A stretch of 45,183 nt of DNA from the NCBI GenBank assembly GCA_039801565.1, contig JBDRUX010000008.1, positions 1-45,183 on the forward strand, read 5' to 3'. Origin of the DNA: a candidate division WOR-3 bacterium (lineage in GTDB: Bacteria; Hydrothermota; Tepidihabitantia; Tepidihabitantales; JAOUPE01). Of the stretch, positions 1 to 8,557 are shown in pieces (positions within the stretch are counted from its first letter, which is position 1; each line of letters begins with the position of its first letter). The notes below the pieces were generated by a model, which was not told where the DNA came from, made no database searches, and worked only from the letters and a program-made list of their open reading frames with translations. The translations under genes were made by a program, and so were the position numbers.

Positions 1-144
1 TAAAGTGAAACCAAATGCTATGGTTAAAAAATGTAAATTCAGCGTCAATTGGGGAATACCAATCTTTAATGGTTTGAAAAAGAAATCCTTGACCGGACCG
101 GCTGGAAATAATCTACTCAAGAAATAAGATAATACCGAACCGAT
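1..144 (-). pseudogene. 5'-truncated duplicate of the DUF4321-like gene at 974-1237 (runs off the window edge)
   Basis: Positions 1-99 are identical to 1037-1135; 100-144 match 1136-1180 with about 12 substitutions (IGSVLSYFLSRLFPAGPVKDF vs IGSVLSHFLGGLFPEGPVKDF); similarity stops at about 145 with no start codon. Confidence 0.8.
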
Positions 145-147
145 TCC

Positions 148-164
148 TTACGGGTGCGGCCCGT
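148..164. repeat. Short GC-rich hairpin TTACGGGTGCGGCCCGT (second copy at 10465-10481)
   Basis: 16/17 identity with TTACGGGTGCGACCCGT; 6-bp stem ACGGGT/(A/G)CCCGT with a GCG loop. Confidence 0.6.
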
Positions 165-166
165 TC

Positions 167-421
167 TCAACGATATACCTCCCGGCGATGCCTGACCCTC
201 ATCACTCTTACCGCCTTTGCTTTTTCGTCGATCTCATATATGATTCGATAGTCTCCTATTCTAATACGCCAATCACTTTTTGAACCAACGATTTTCCGAC
301 AGTCCCAAGGTCTTGGGTCATTAGATAAGCTCTTGATACGAGAAATAATTCGATAAAAATCAACCGCCGAAAGTCGCTTTAAATCTTTTTCCGCTGCTCG
401 TTCAAGATAAACTTCATACAC
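167..421 (-). CDS. relE: RelE/ParE family type II toxin
   Basis: 84 aa; MYEVYLERAAEKDLKRL...WRIRIGDYRIIYEID...VRHRREVY is a typical RelE pattern; overlaps the antitoxin by 8 nt. Confidence 0.9.
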   Translation of the reverse strand: MYEVYLERAAEKDLKRLSAVDFYRIISRIKSLSNDPRPWDCRKIVGSKSDWRIRIGDYRIIYEIDEKAKAVRVMRVRHRREVYR

Positions 422-623
422 CCGGCTGATACTCCTTTAGGAAATCTTCCAGCTTCCTAAACTTAAGCGGTTTCTTTCGCATCGCTTCGAGTATTTTTAA
501 ATCTTCCCTATCGGCTAAACTTTCTAATATCTTACGGTAGACATCAATGTCCAAAATGACCGCTGAAGGCTTGCCATCTTTTAGAATAATTGCCGGAGAT
601 TTCCTTTTACTCTTACCGGTCAC
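414..623 (-). CDS. Phd/YefM-like antitoxin
   Basis: 69 aa with IILKDGKPSAVILDIDVYRKILE motif; GTG start with GGAGG SD; directly upstream of relE. Confidence 0.8.
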   Translation of the reverse strand: MTGKSKRKSPAIILKDGKPSAVILDIDVYRKILESLADREDLKILEAMRKKPLKFRKLEDFLKEYQPGV

Positions 624-746
624 AGTTCACCTCCAAAATTTTCATTTAGTATAGTGTGATAATAGGTTAACCGAATCACCACTGCCCAAGTCAAGAAAAA
701 TACACTCATAATGTAAATATAACCCCAAAATTGAAAAAGTCAATCA

Positions 747-959
747 TTAATTAATTGTGAACTCATCATCATAAATGCTTTTCATCAATGCCGAACTATC
801 ACTTTTGGGTAGGGTGCTTAAGAAATAAATACCGGGTCGGGCTTTTGCAATACCAATCTGACGACAAGTAACATCATATATTCGCAAATTAGAACTCGGA
901 ATGCTGAATTTAAATCTAACAAATTTGCCCTTGTCTTTGACCTTTATTAAATTCCACAA
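747..959 (-). pseudogene. Probable remnant of a T9SS/FlgD-type C-terminal sorting domain
   Basis: LRIYDVTCRQI...PGIYFL resembles the L.IYD.TGR.V...PG.YF CTD signature; no cargo domain or signal peptide. Confidence 0.4.
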
Positions 960-973
960 GCTCAGTGGTTTTC

Positions 974-1237
974 TTACAAGCGGTGCAATAGGTATAAGGC
1001 TAAAATTATAACAATGACCGTAAAAGTAGAAATACTTAAAGTGAAACCAAATGCTATGGTTAAAAAATGTAAATTCAGCGTCAATTGGGGAATACCAATC
1101 TTTAATGGTTTGAAAAAGAAATCCTTGACCGGACCTTCTGGAAATAAGCCACCTAAGAAATGGGACAGAACCGAACCAATGATTGCCCCAATCACAATCG
1201 CTAAAATAATTATCCCAACATTCCTTCGCGCCGCCAT
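974..1237 (-). CDS. Small membrane protein, DUF4321-like
   Basis: 87 aa, hydrophobic segments with IGAIIGSVL and TLNLHFLTIAFGFTL; co-oriented 7 nt downstream of the radical SAM gene. Confidence 0.7.
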   Translation of the reverse strand: MAARRNVGIIILAIVIGAIIGSVLSHFLGGLFPEGPVKDFFFKPLKIGIPQLTLNLHFLTIAFGFTLSISTFTVIVIILALYLLHRL

Positions 1238-1244
1238 AATTTTT

Positions 1245-2249
1245 TTAATTTTTTCCCATCACAATGTCAACTTTTCTACCACAACGACTACAACTACCAT
1301 CCTTAATCCCAATTATTTTAGCACTAAAATAGCCTCGGGCAACAAGGAGATTGGAACATTTTGGACAATAGGTATTATTGCCATTAACAAGATTATGGAC
1401 ATTACCAATATAGACATAGTCTAACTTCTTCTTAGCAATTTCATAGGCTTGGATTAAAGTCTCGGTCGGTGTCGGCGGAATATTTAATTTATAGTTGGGA
1501 AAATAGCGGGAAAAATGGAGAACCGTATCCCGACCTAATGTAGCAACAAAGTCAACCAATTCGGTTATTTCGGCAATACTATCATTCTTGGTTGGAATAA
1601 CTAAATTAGTCAATTCAATATGACAAGCGGTCTTGGCGATTTTTATCGTATTAAGTACGGTTGGCAAATCGCCTCTAATAAACTCATCATAAAAATCGGG
1701 TTTGATTGATTTCAAATCAATATTCATCGCATCAATATAGGGTAGTAATTCGCGCAAAGGTGCTTCGTTAATCATCCCATTGGTCACCAAGACATTTTGT
1801 AGTCCAGCCTTTTTCACTAATGGGCAAACATCCAAAAGATATTCAAACCAGATTAAAGGTTCGGTATAGGTATAAGAGATGCCAATTGAATCCGGGCGCT
1901 GAGCAATTGCTAATAGACTTTTTGGGTCAATATGACGACTGGGCACAGTTTGCTTAGAAATTTCCCAATTCTGGCAGAACGGGCATAAAAGGTTACAACC
2001 ATAAGTCGCTACCGAAAGAATCTTGGAACCCGGATAAAAATGGTATAAGGGTTTTTTCTCAATCGGGTCAATGGCGATAGAAACCACTTCACCATAATTT
2101 ATCGCATAAAGTTTACCCGAAATATTTTTTCGACCCAAACACCGACCAACTTTCCCTTCAGCAATAATACAATAATTGGGACAGATTAGACATTTAATCT
2201 TATCTTTTTCTTTGGTGTAATATTTGGCTTCGACTAATTCCGATTTCAT
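1245..2249 (-). CDS. amrS: AmmeMemoRadiSam system radical SAM enzyme (PflA-like)
   Basis: N-terminal CxxCPxxC...GRC, IDPIEKKPLYHFYPG, CNLLCPFCQN (CxxxCxxC), C-terminal CPKC and CSRC. Confidence 0.9.
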   Translation of the reverse strand: MKSELVEAKYYTKEKDKIKCLICPNYCIIAEGKVGRCLGRKNISGKLYAINYGEVVSIAIDPIEKKPLYHFYPGSKILSVATYGCNLLCPFCQNWEISKQTVPSRHIDPKSLLAIAQRPDSIGISYTYTEPLIWFEYLLDVCPLVKKAGLQNVLVTNGMINEAPLRELLPYIDAMNIDLKSIKPDFYDEFIRGDLPTVLNTIKIAKTACHIELTNLVIPTKNDSIAEITELVDFVATLGRDTVLHFSRYFPNYKLNIPPTPTETLIQAYEIAKKKLDYVYIGNVHNLVNGNNTYCPKCSNLLVARGYFSAKIIGIKDGSCSRCGRKVDIVMGKN

Positions 2250-3185
2250 TTAAAAAGATTGGTATTGTTTTAAATTATCCGACTCATCAGCAACAATGAA
2301 TACTTCCACCCCGGTTTCTTTTTTAGCGAAGGCTAAACCATCTTTTACGCCCAAGACAAAGATTGCGGTTGAATAAGCATCGGCGGTTATGCAATCCGGA
2401 GCAATTACCGTGACCGAACAGCATCCCCAAGCCGGATAACCGGTCTTGGGATTTAAGATATGATGGTAGCGTTTATTGCCAAAAAGAAAGAATTTTTCGT
2501 AATCGCCGGAAGTGGCAATTGCCTGGTTTTGGATAGAGAATGTCTTTATTATTCCCTCACCTCTTGGATTTTTTACCGCCACCTTCCATTTTCGATTACC
2601 AAAACCGAATATATCACCGCCCGCATCAATCAAACCGGTTTTAATCCCTTCTTTTTTCAAAATCGCAACTGCTCGGTCAACGCAATAGCCAACTGCAATT
2701 CCACCTAAATCCAGTCCAAAACTATCCGGCAAATAGATTGAATCCTGACGGATTGCAATTTTTCGATAGTCAACATATCTCACTATCTGCTTCACTTTTG
2801 AACTATCCGGCAATTCCGCAGTCTGGAAATATTTTCGCCAGAATTGAATCAAAGGCAATACCGTAATATCAAAGGCACCATTTGTCTTTTCCGATACTGC
2901 AATTGCCTTGCTTAATAGATTTCTTAAGTCCTTAGATAACTTACCTTTTCGGTTTTGGTTGATTTGATTAATTTCACTGGTTGGGATATAAAGTGAGAAT
3001 ATCGAATCCAGCCTGGTCATTTCTTGCAGTGCCTTTTGAACTGCCAGTTCGGCTTTGGTCTTGTTCGCTTCCAAAACTTTAACCTTGACATAACTACCGA
3101 AAAGAAAACCGGAAAACTCATAAAATTTTTCCTGCTCGGCACAATTAATTAGAAATAATAAAATAAAAGCAAAAAACCGCTTCAC
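2250..3185 (-). CDS. apbE: FAD:protein FMN transferase lipoprotein
   Basis: GAFDITV, LDLGGIAVGY, DAGGD, ATSGDYE, YHHILNPKTGYP, ADAYSTA motifs; start placed at GTG 3185, giving lipoprotein signal MKRFFAFILLFLINC behind a TTGACA-17-TACTAT promoter. Confidence 0.9.
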   Translation of the reverse strand: MKRFFAFILLFLINCAEQEKFYEFSGFLFGSYVKVKVLEANKTKAELAVQKALQEMTRLDSIFSLYIPTSEINQINQNRKGKLSKDLRNLLSKAIAVSEKTNGAFDITVLPLIQFWRKYFQTAELPDSSKVKQIVRYVDYRKIAIRQDSIYLPDSFGLDLGGIAVGYCVDRAVAILKKEGIKTGLIDAGGDIFGFGNRKWKVAVKNPRGEGIIKTFSIQNQAIATSGDYEKFFLFGNKRYHHILNPKTGYPAWGCCSVTVIAPDCITADAYSTAIFVLGVKDGLAFAKKETGVEVFIVADESDNLKQYQSF

Positions 3186-3303
3186 GAGTAAAGGAATAGT
3201 AATTGGGCAAAGACTGAATGTCAAGCCCAATCTTATCAATCTATTGCTTGACTACCATTAGGAAAACTAATATCATTAAATTGTACCGAATCGGTCAAAT
3301 TAA

Positions 3304-4488
3304 ATGAATACCCGTTTTCGTTTTAGCGCCAAAGTCCTGCAGGTCTATTTTGTCTTTGGTGCAATCCTTTTAGCCGGGCTCTGGTATTTTTACTCCCGAA
3401 TTCTCCTTGTCCGCTTGGAAAAAGAAACCCAGGTGCGGTCAAGAATCTATGCCCAATATTTAAGTCGTATCGCAGAACCTTCGGAATCCGGTTCAGCAGA
3501 ATTGGATATCATCTTTGAAGAGGTGATAAGAAAGATTGACTTTCCGGTCATCATCGCTGATGCCAATGACGAACCAACCAACAATTATCGCAACCTACCA
3601 GAGAAAAATCCTTCACCCGAACGATTAAAAATATTAATGAAAAGATTAGATGAAGAACATAAACCAATCTATCTAACCGTGGCTACTGGTGAAACATTAA
3701 ATATCATCCACTACGGATTTTCCAAAGCTGAAAAGATGTTACGCATCTATCCATTCTTCCAATTGGTATTTCTCTTTGCTTTTCTTACCCTTGGGGTTTG
3801 GGGAATCTTAGTTTACAAGCGTCGGGAGTCTGAGCAAATCTGGACCGCTTTAGCCAAAGAGACCGCCCACCAATTAGCCACCCCAATCTCTTCGCTTTGG
3901 GGCTGGTTGGAAATGTTAAAACAGGAGCAAAAAGAGAAAGACTTTACTCCAATGGAAGAGGACTTAACGCGCATTCGTGAGGTCTCAGAAAGATTTAGTC
4001 GAATTGGTCTGCCACCAGACTTAAAGGTCCAACCGATTGGTGAGACGATTGCTAAAACCGTCTCTTTTATTAAGCATCGTGCCACAAAACGAATCCAGTT
4101 TGAACTTTTCAATTCAGCCGACCCTCTGGTCAAGGTTGATGATGTGCTAATTTCTTGGACATTAGAAAATTTAATCAAGAATAGTATTGATGCTATTGGT
4201 GATGGAGAGGGCAAGATTGCGATTCGAACTGCTCTCACTGCCGATAATAAATTCTTAGAGATTGAAGTTACCGATACTGGCAGCGGTATCGCTAAAAACC
4301 GCTGGCAAGAAATCTTTAAGGCTGGTGTCACTTCGAAAAAATATGGTTGGGGCGTTGGACTAACTTTAGCCCGGCGCATCATTGAAGAATATCATAAAGG
4401 CAAACTTATTCTAAAAGAGACGCAACCGGGCAAAACCGTCTTTGCCATCCTCTTGCCCATCAAAACGAGTGAAGAAAGTGAAGAGTAG
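3304..4488 (+). CDS. Membrane sensor histidine kinase (PorY-like partner)
   Basis: Two TM segments; H-box AKETAHQLATPISSL, N-box ENLIKNSIDA, G boxes DTGSGI and GWGVGL. Confidence 0.9.
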   Translation: MNTRFRFSAKVLQVYFVFGAILLAGLWYFYSRILLVRLEKETQVRSRIYAQYLSRIAEPSESGSAELDIIFEEVIRKIDFPVIIADANDEPTNNYRNLPEKNPSPERLKILMKRLDEEHKPIYLTVATGETLNIIHYGFSKAEKMLRIYPFFQLVFLFAFLTLGVWGILVYKRRESEQIWTALAKETAHQLATPISSLWGWLEMLKQEQKEKDFTPMEEDLTRIREVSERFSRIGLPPDLKVQPIGETIAKTVSFIKHRATKRIQFELFNSADPLVKVDDVLISWTLENLIKNSIDAIGDGEGKIAIRTALTADNKFLEIEVTDTGSGIAKNRWQEIFKAGVTSKKYGWGVGLTLARRIIEEYHKGKLILKETQPGKTVFAILLPIKTSEESEE

Positions 4489-4490
4489 CG

Positions 4491-6008
4491 ATGCGGATTC
4501 TTTGGATTGATGACGAGATTGACCTCTTAAGACCCTATATCTACACTTTAAAACAGAAGGGCTATGAGGTAGAGACCGCGACCAACGGTCCGGATGGCTT
4601 AGAAATGGTCAGGACCAAAGATTTCGATTTAGTATTGTTAGATGAAATTATGAGCGGAATGGATGGTCTGGCGGTATTAAAAAGATTGAAAGAGATTGAC
4701 CCCCATATCTTAGTGGCAATGGTTACCAAGTCCGAAGAAGAGGCATTGATGAATGAGGCGTATGCGAAATTGGTTGATGACTTTGTTGTCAAACCTTTCA
4801 CACCAATTCAAATCACCGCGGTCTTAAAGCGACTTTTGGAAAAGAAGAAGTTGATTGCGGAGCGAATTGCCCAAGATTATGCCACAACCATTGCTCAAGT
4901 CCAAACTTATGATTTCAATCACCAGGATTGGTTAGATTATTACATTCGTTCGGTTCGTTGGGCTAATCTTTTACAAAGATTTGGTGATGAAGCGATAAAA
5001 GAAAGTTTTGAACAAGTTCGGCGGGAAAACAATCAAGTCTTCAGCCGTTATATTACCGAAGTCTATCGTGACTGGTTGAAAGGCAAAAATGGTCCAATCC
5101 TTTCTCATAAGTTTTTTGAAAATTTTGTCTTACCGCGTCTGGGCAAAAAGCCCCACTATCTCTTTATCTTCGATTCGATGCGTTTAGACCAATGGTTTGT
5201 CATATTGCCAATCTTAAAAGAGTTCTTTGAAGTCGAGACCAAATACTTTTATTCAATATTGCCTTCAGCCACACCTTATGCCCGTAATGCGATGTTTGCT
5301 GGACTGTTACCCTTAGAGATTTTAAAGAATTATCCAGAACTTTGGGTATTTGATGAGACCGGTCAAAATCGTTTCGAGCCCGAACTTTTACAACATCAAT
5401 TGGCTAAATATCGTTACCAAGGTAAAACCGTCTTCTTAAAAGCCGCCCATAACGAAGATATTGCAGTCAATGCACCCTCCTTTTTAGCCCGGGAAAATCA
5501 ATTTTCGATTTTGGTCGTCAATTTTTTAGATTTACTCATTCATTCGATAAAATCGAATCAATTGCTCGAAGAGATTGTGACGAGCGAATATAATCTTTTG
5601 GGGTTGACCCGGCTATGGTTCACGGGTTCCGAAATCTATCGAATTCTTTTGGAATTACGGCGCCGGGATTGCGAAATCACTATCACCTCGGACCACGGTT
5701 TCATTAAAGTTGGCCGACCCTTAGTCATTTACGGTGGCAGAGAGATTTCCACCAATCTTCGTTACAAATATGGCGGCGCCTTACGTACTGATGAACGAAA
5801 TGCCATTCTTCTCTCCAATCCGGAAGAATTTATGCTGCCCAAAGAGCATCTCGGCACAAAGTTCGCCATTGCCTTATCGGATTATTACTTCATCTATCCG
5901 ACCAAGCCCAGAGAATACGAAAGAACTTACAAACACACTTACCAGCACGGCGGTGTCTCGCAAGAAGAGATGATTTTACCAGTCGGCATCTTGCGACCTA
6001 AAGGTTAA
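4491..6008 (+). CDS. porX: PorX-like response regulator with PglZ (alkaline phosphatase superfamily) domain
   Basis: Receiver domain (ILWIDDEID, LLDEIM); PglZ motifs FDSMRLDQW, LPSATPYARNA, TSDHG, STNLRYKYG, TYQHGGVS. Confidence 0.85.
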   Translation: MRILWIDDEIDLLRPYIYTLKQKGYEVETATNGPDGLEMVRTKDFDLVLLDEIMSGMDGLAVLKRLKEIDPHILVAMVTKSEEEALMNEAYAKLVDDFVVKPFTPIQITAVLKRLLEKKKLIAERIAQDYATTIAQVQTYDFNHQDWLDYYIRSVRWANLLQRFGDEAIKESFEQVRRENNQVFSRYITEVYRDWLKGKNGPILSHKFFENFVLPRLGKKPHYLFIFDSMRLDQWFVILPILKEFFEVETKYFYSILPSATPYARNAMFAGLLPLEILKNYPELWVFDETGQNRFEPELLQHQLAKYRYQGKTVFLKAAHNEDIAVNAPSFLARENQFSILVVNFLDLLIHSIKSNQLLEEIVTSEYNLLGLTRLWFTGSEIYRILLELRRRDCEITITSDHGFIKVGRPLVIYGGREISTNLRYKYGGALRTDERNAILLSNPEEFMLPKEHLGTKFAIALSDYYFIYPTKPREYERTYKHTYQHGGVSQEEMILPVGILRPKG

Positions 6009-6057
6009 TTAAATTCTCCTATTGATTTTGGCTTGATTATTTTTATATTTAACCGTT

Positions 6058-6132
6058 GGCGCCATCGTCTAGTCTGGCCAAGGACATCTGGTTCTCAGCC
6101 AGAAGACCAGGGTTCAAATCCCTGTGGCGCTA
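6058..6132 (+). tRNA. tRNA-Glu(CTC)
   Basis: Acceptor GGCGCCA/TGGCGCT, anticodon arm TCTGG-TTCTCAG-CCAGA, T-loop GGTTCAAATCC; no encoded CCA. Confidence 0.95.
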
Positions 6133-6180
6133 TTGGGCTAAAGCAATATTGAAAACAACATCACTTAGAAAGGACTCGTT

Positions 6181-6798
6181 ATGAAAAAAGTCTTTTTATT
6201 TTTAGTGCCACTTTTGTTATTCTGTAGTAAAGCGAAGGTTGATTACTATCCCTTATTTATTGGCTCAATTCGGGTTTATGAAATTGACCGAACCACAATT
6301 ACCGGCAACGATACAAATCATCGGATTATCAAACAAGTGACTAAAGTGACTGAAAAGGCAATCCATGATTACTGGGACGAGGTTTGGAAGGTTAGCACCC
6401 AAGAGGTTGGTTCACCACCAGCCACTGCCTATATTCGAAAAACGCAATCTGAAATTAGATTAATTCCCAATTTAAATGACACTGCTGGAACAATGAACCA
6501 ATTAGTCTTACCGCTAACCGTTGGTAAAAGTTGGATAGTGGCAAAAAGTTCGGATGATACCTTGGTGGCTAAAGTTTTAGGAATCGAACGAGTAAAGGTT
6601 CCGGTCGGTGAATTTGATAGTTGTTATAAAGTTGAAATAAAAGCTAAGACCGCTGATTTTCAGCGGCTAATGTGGCTTGCCCCTAATATTGGTATTGTGC
6701 GGAATGAGATTAAAACCGTATTTAGCCAAGATAAGACCCCTAAGACAATCTTAGAAAAGAGTGTCTTAATCCAGTACAATACTAAATCTAAGGATTAG
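6181..6798 (+). CDS. Putative lipoprotein of unknown function
   Basis: Signal MKKVFLFLVPLLLFC; VKVPVGEFDSCYKV and WLAPNIGIVR motifs common in beta-rich exported proteins; AAGGA SD. Confidence 0.7.
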   Translation: MKKVFLFLVPLLLFCSKAKVDYYPLFIGSIRVYEIDRTTITGNDTNHRIIKQVTKVTEKAIHDYWDEVWKVSTQEVGSPPATAYIRKTQSEIRLIPNLNDTAGTMNQLVLPLTVGKSWIVAKSSDDTLVAKVLGIERVKVPVGEFDSCYKVEIKAKTADFQRLMWLAPNIGIVRNEIKTVFSQDKTPKTILEKSVLIQYNTKSKD

Positions 6799-7222
6799 CC
6801 TTTTGAATTTTCTTAGCGATTCTTTCGAATTCGGACGGTTTGACTACGGGTTTTTGATTTTCCTGGACATATTGTAATAAATCGAGGATTCGGTCAGTAG
6901 CACTCAATTCGCCTTTGATACTCGGCACAAGGTGGGCATGGAGATGAGGAATTCTCGTGCCCCGAATGAGCAATGTCACATATTGCGCCTGAAATGCTTT
7001 TTTCAGTTTCTTTGCAACAAGCCATACCGCCTGAAAAAATTGCTCGGCTTCGTCCGAAGTCAAATCGGTAAACCAGACCCGATGCTTTTTCGGAATAATA
7101 AGACAATGACCTTTGGTGATTGGATTGATATCTAAGATGCCAAGGATTTTTTTATCCTCATAAACTTTATAGGATGGCAACTTAGCGTTGACCACCTGAC
7201 ACAAGATGCAATTCTTTGCCAT
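6788..7222 (-). CDS. HIT family nucleotide hydrolase
   Basis: N-terminal CILC, LDINPITKGHCLIIPKKH, histidine triad HLHAHL. Confidence 0.9.
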   Translation of the reverse strand: MAKNCILCQVVNAKLPSYKVYEDKKILGILDINPITKGHCLIIPKKHRVWFTDLTSDEAEQFFQAVWLVAKKLKKAFQAQYVTLLIRGTRIPHLHAHLVPSIKGELSATDRILDLLQYVQENQKPVVKPSEFERIAKKIQKANP

Positions 7223-7227
7223 ACTTT

Positions 7228-7800
7228 TTATGGTTTTCTTGGTTTGCAGATTATTTCTAAGATTTTGGTCGCAAAGAAATTTCGGCCGTAGGCTGGTTTA
7301 AGGACAATCGCGGTATCCGCACCGCGTGCTGTGCCAGCAATTGCAATTATCTCTTTACCATAGGGAATGAGTCCGGCATCCAAAGCCATTATTGCAATCT
7401 CAACTGCCACTTTCATCCCTTCGCCAAAGGTCCGGTAGGTATTAGCCACAATCTCACCGGGATAAAGCCCGCCAAATTTCATTCGAATCGCCCGCCCGAC
7501 ACCAGAAAAATAATGGGTTGCCCGATAGACCGTTATTCCTTTCGATTCTAAGAATTTTTTGGTCTTTTCCGAAAGTTCCACCTTCCCTGCCTTTTCAAAA
7601 CCGGCATGATGGGTAACACAAATCACATTCAATCCCGCAATCGGCATTTGGGCAAGGATTTTGGCGGTATTGCCATAAGATGAGGCAACAACAATATCTT
7701 TTATTCTTAGCTCTTTTGCCCTTTGCAAGGCAAGCCGTAATGTCTCCTTAGTATTCTCTTTGCCCGGGTTTTTAAAATAGGTAATCGTTTGATTTTTCAT
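7228..7800 (-). CDS. Stand-alone pyruvate kinase C-terminal (alpha/beta) domain protein
   Basis: YFKNPGKENT, VVASSYGNTA, FGEGMKVAVEIAIMALDAG, GADTA, EIICKP motifs of this conserved family. Confidence 0.8.
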   Translation of the reverse strand: MKNQTITYFKNPGKENTKETLRLALQRAKELRIKDIVVASSYGNTAKILAQMPIAGLNVICVTHHAGFEKAGKVELSEKTKKFLESKGITVYRATHYFSGVGRAIRMKFGGLYPGEIVANTYRTFGEGMKVAVEIAIMALDAGLIPYGKEIIAIAGTARGADTAIVLKPAYGRNFFATKILEIICKPRKP

Positions 7801-7807
7801 TTAGCCA

Positions 7808-7835
7808 ATCCTACTGGTTATTACCGCAAAGTCAA
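7808..7835 (-). promoter_or_regulatory. Sigma70-type promoter, probably leaderless
   Basis: TTGACT-16 bp-TAGGAT; the ATG at 7800 follows 7 nt after the -10 box. Confidence 0.55.
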
Positions 7836-7870
7836 CAGTCTTTTTGCTAAACCTATGATTAAAATTACCC

Positions 7871-7914
7871 TTGACACTTTTCATTTTGCCACTATAATTT
7901 ACGCAATGCGTAAA
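7871..7914 (+). promoter_or_regulatory. Sigma70 promoter with overlapping palindromic operator
   Basis: TTGACA(7871)-16 bp-TATAAT(7893), then inverted repeat TTTACGCA-A-TGCGTAAA (7898-7914). Confidence 0.75.
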
Positions 7915-7925
7915 AAGAGGTATTT

Positions 7926-8549
7926 ATGAAACGGGTTATAAAGAGATATAGCAACCGCAAGCTTTACGATGTCGCAACCAGTAGCTTTATCAATTTAACC
8001 GACATTGCGGCACGGATTAAAGCGGGTGATGAAATTACGGTAATTGATAATGATACCGGTGAAGATATTACCGCATCTATATTGATTTCCGTGCTTTCTG
8101 ATGAATTCAAGAAAAAACGGGAATTAAAGTTACTACCAATTTTGCTTCAGCAATTGATTAAAACTGAAAGTAAAGTAATTGCCGATTTTATTAAGAACGC
8201 AGTATCTTTAAATATCAAATCCCCACCAACGCGGACCCCAATCCTGGTTGCGACAAAACGGTTAAAAGAGAAAGGTAGTCCGGATCTAAAGAATTTATTA
8301 GCTCCTTTAATAAAAGAACAAAAGGCATTCCTTGATAAAATGATTAAAAAAGAAGTGAATAAACAACTCAAGGCACGGGGGAGTAGTAATCGAACCAACC
8401 TTGTTCAATTAATTAAGTCTTTAGTCGAACCTTTAGCGCGAACGATTGACACTGCAACCGCTAAGGAATTGAAGGAACTAAAAGCAACTGTTGAGAATTT
8501 AAGAACCCAACTTCAAAAAATCGGCAAGCGCAAGACTATTAAACAATAG
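7926..8549 (+). CDS. PhaR-like regulator (PHA synthesis regulator N-terminal DNA-binding domain) with coiled-coil C-terminus
   Basis: IKRYSNRKLYD..TS.FINL.DI...I..G....VIDNDTGEDIT is the PhaR N-terminal signature; GAGG SD. Confidence 0.8.
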   Translation: MKRVIKRYSNRKLYDVATSSFINLTDIAARIKAGDEITVIDNDTGEDITASILISVLSDEFKKKRELKLLPILLQQLIKTESKVIADFIKNAVSLNIKSPPTRTPILVATKRLKEKGSPDLKNLLAPLIKEQKAFLDKMIKKEVNKQLKARGSSNRTNLVQLIKSLVEPLARTIDTATAKELKELKATVENLRTQLQKIGKRKTIKQ

Positions 8550-8557
8550 GAGGTTAT

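Noticed and set aside
6058..6800. tRNA-Glu as an island integration site
   Set aside because: No integrase next to it and no duplicated tRNA 3' end found in the window
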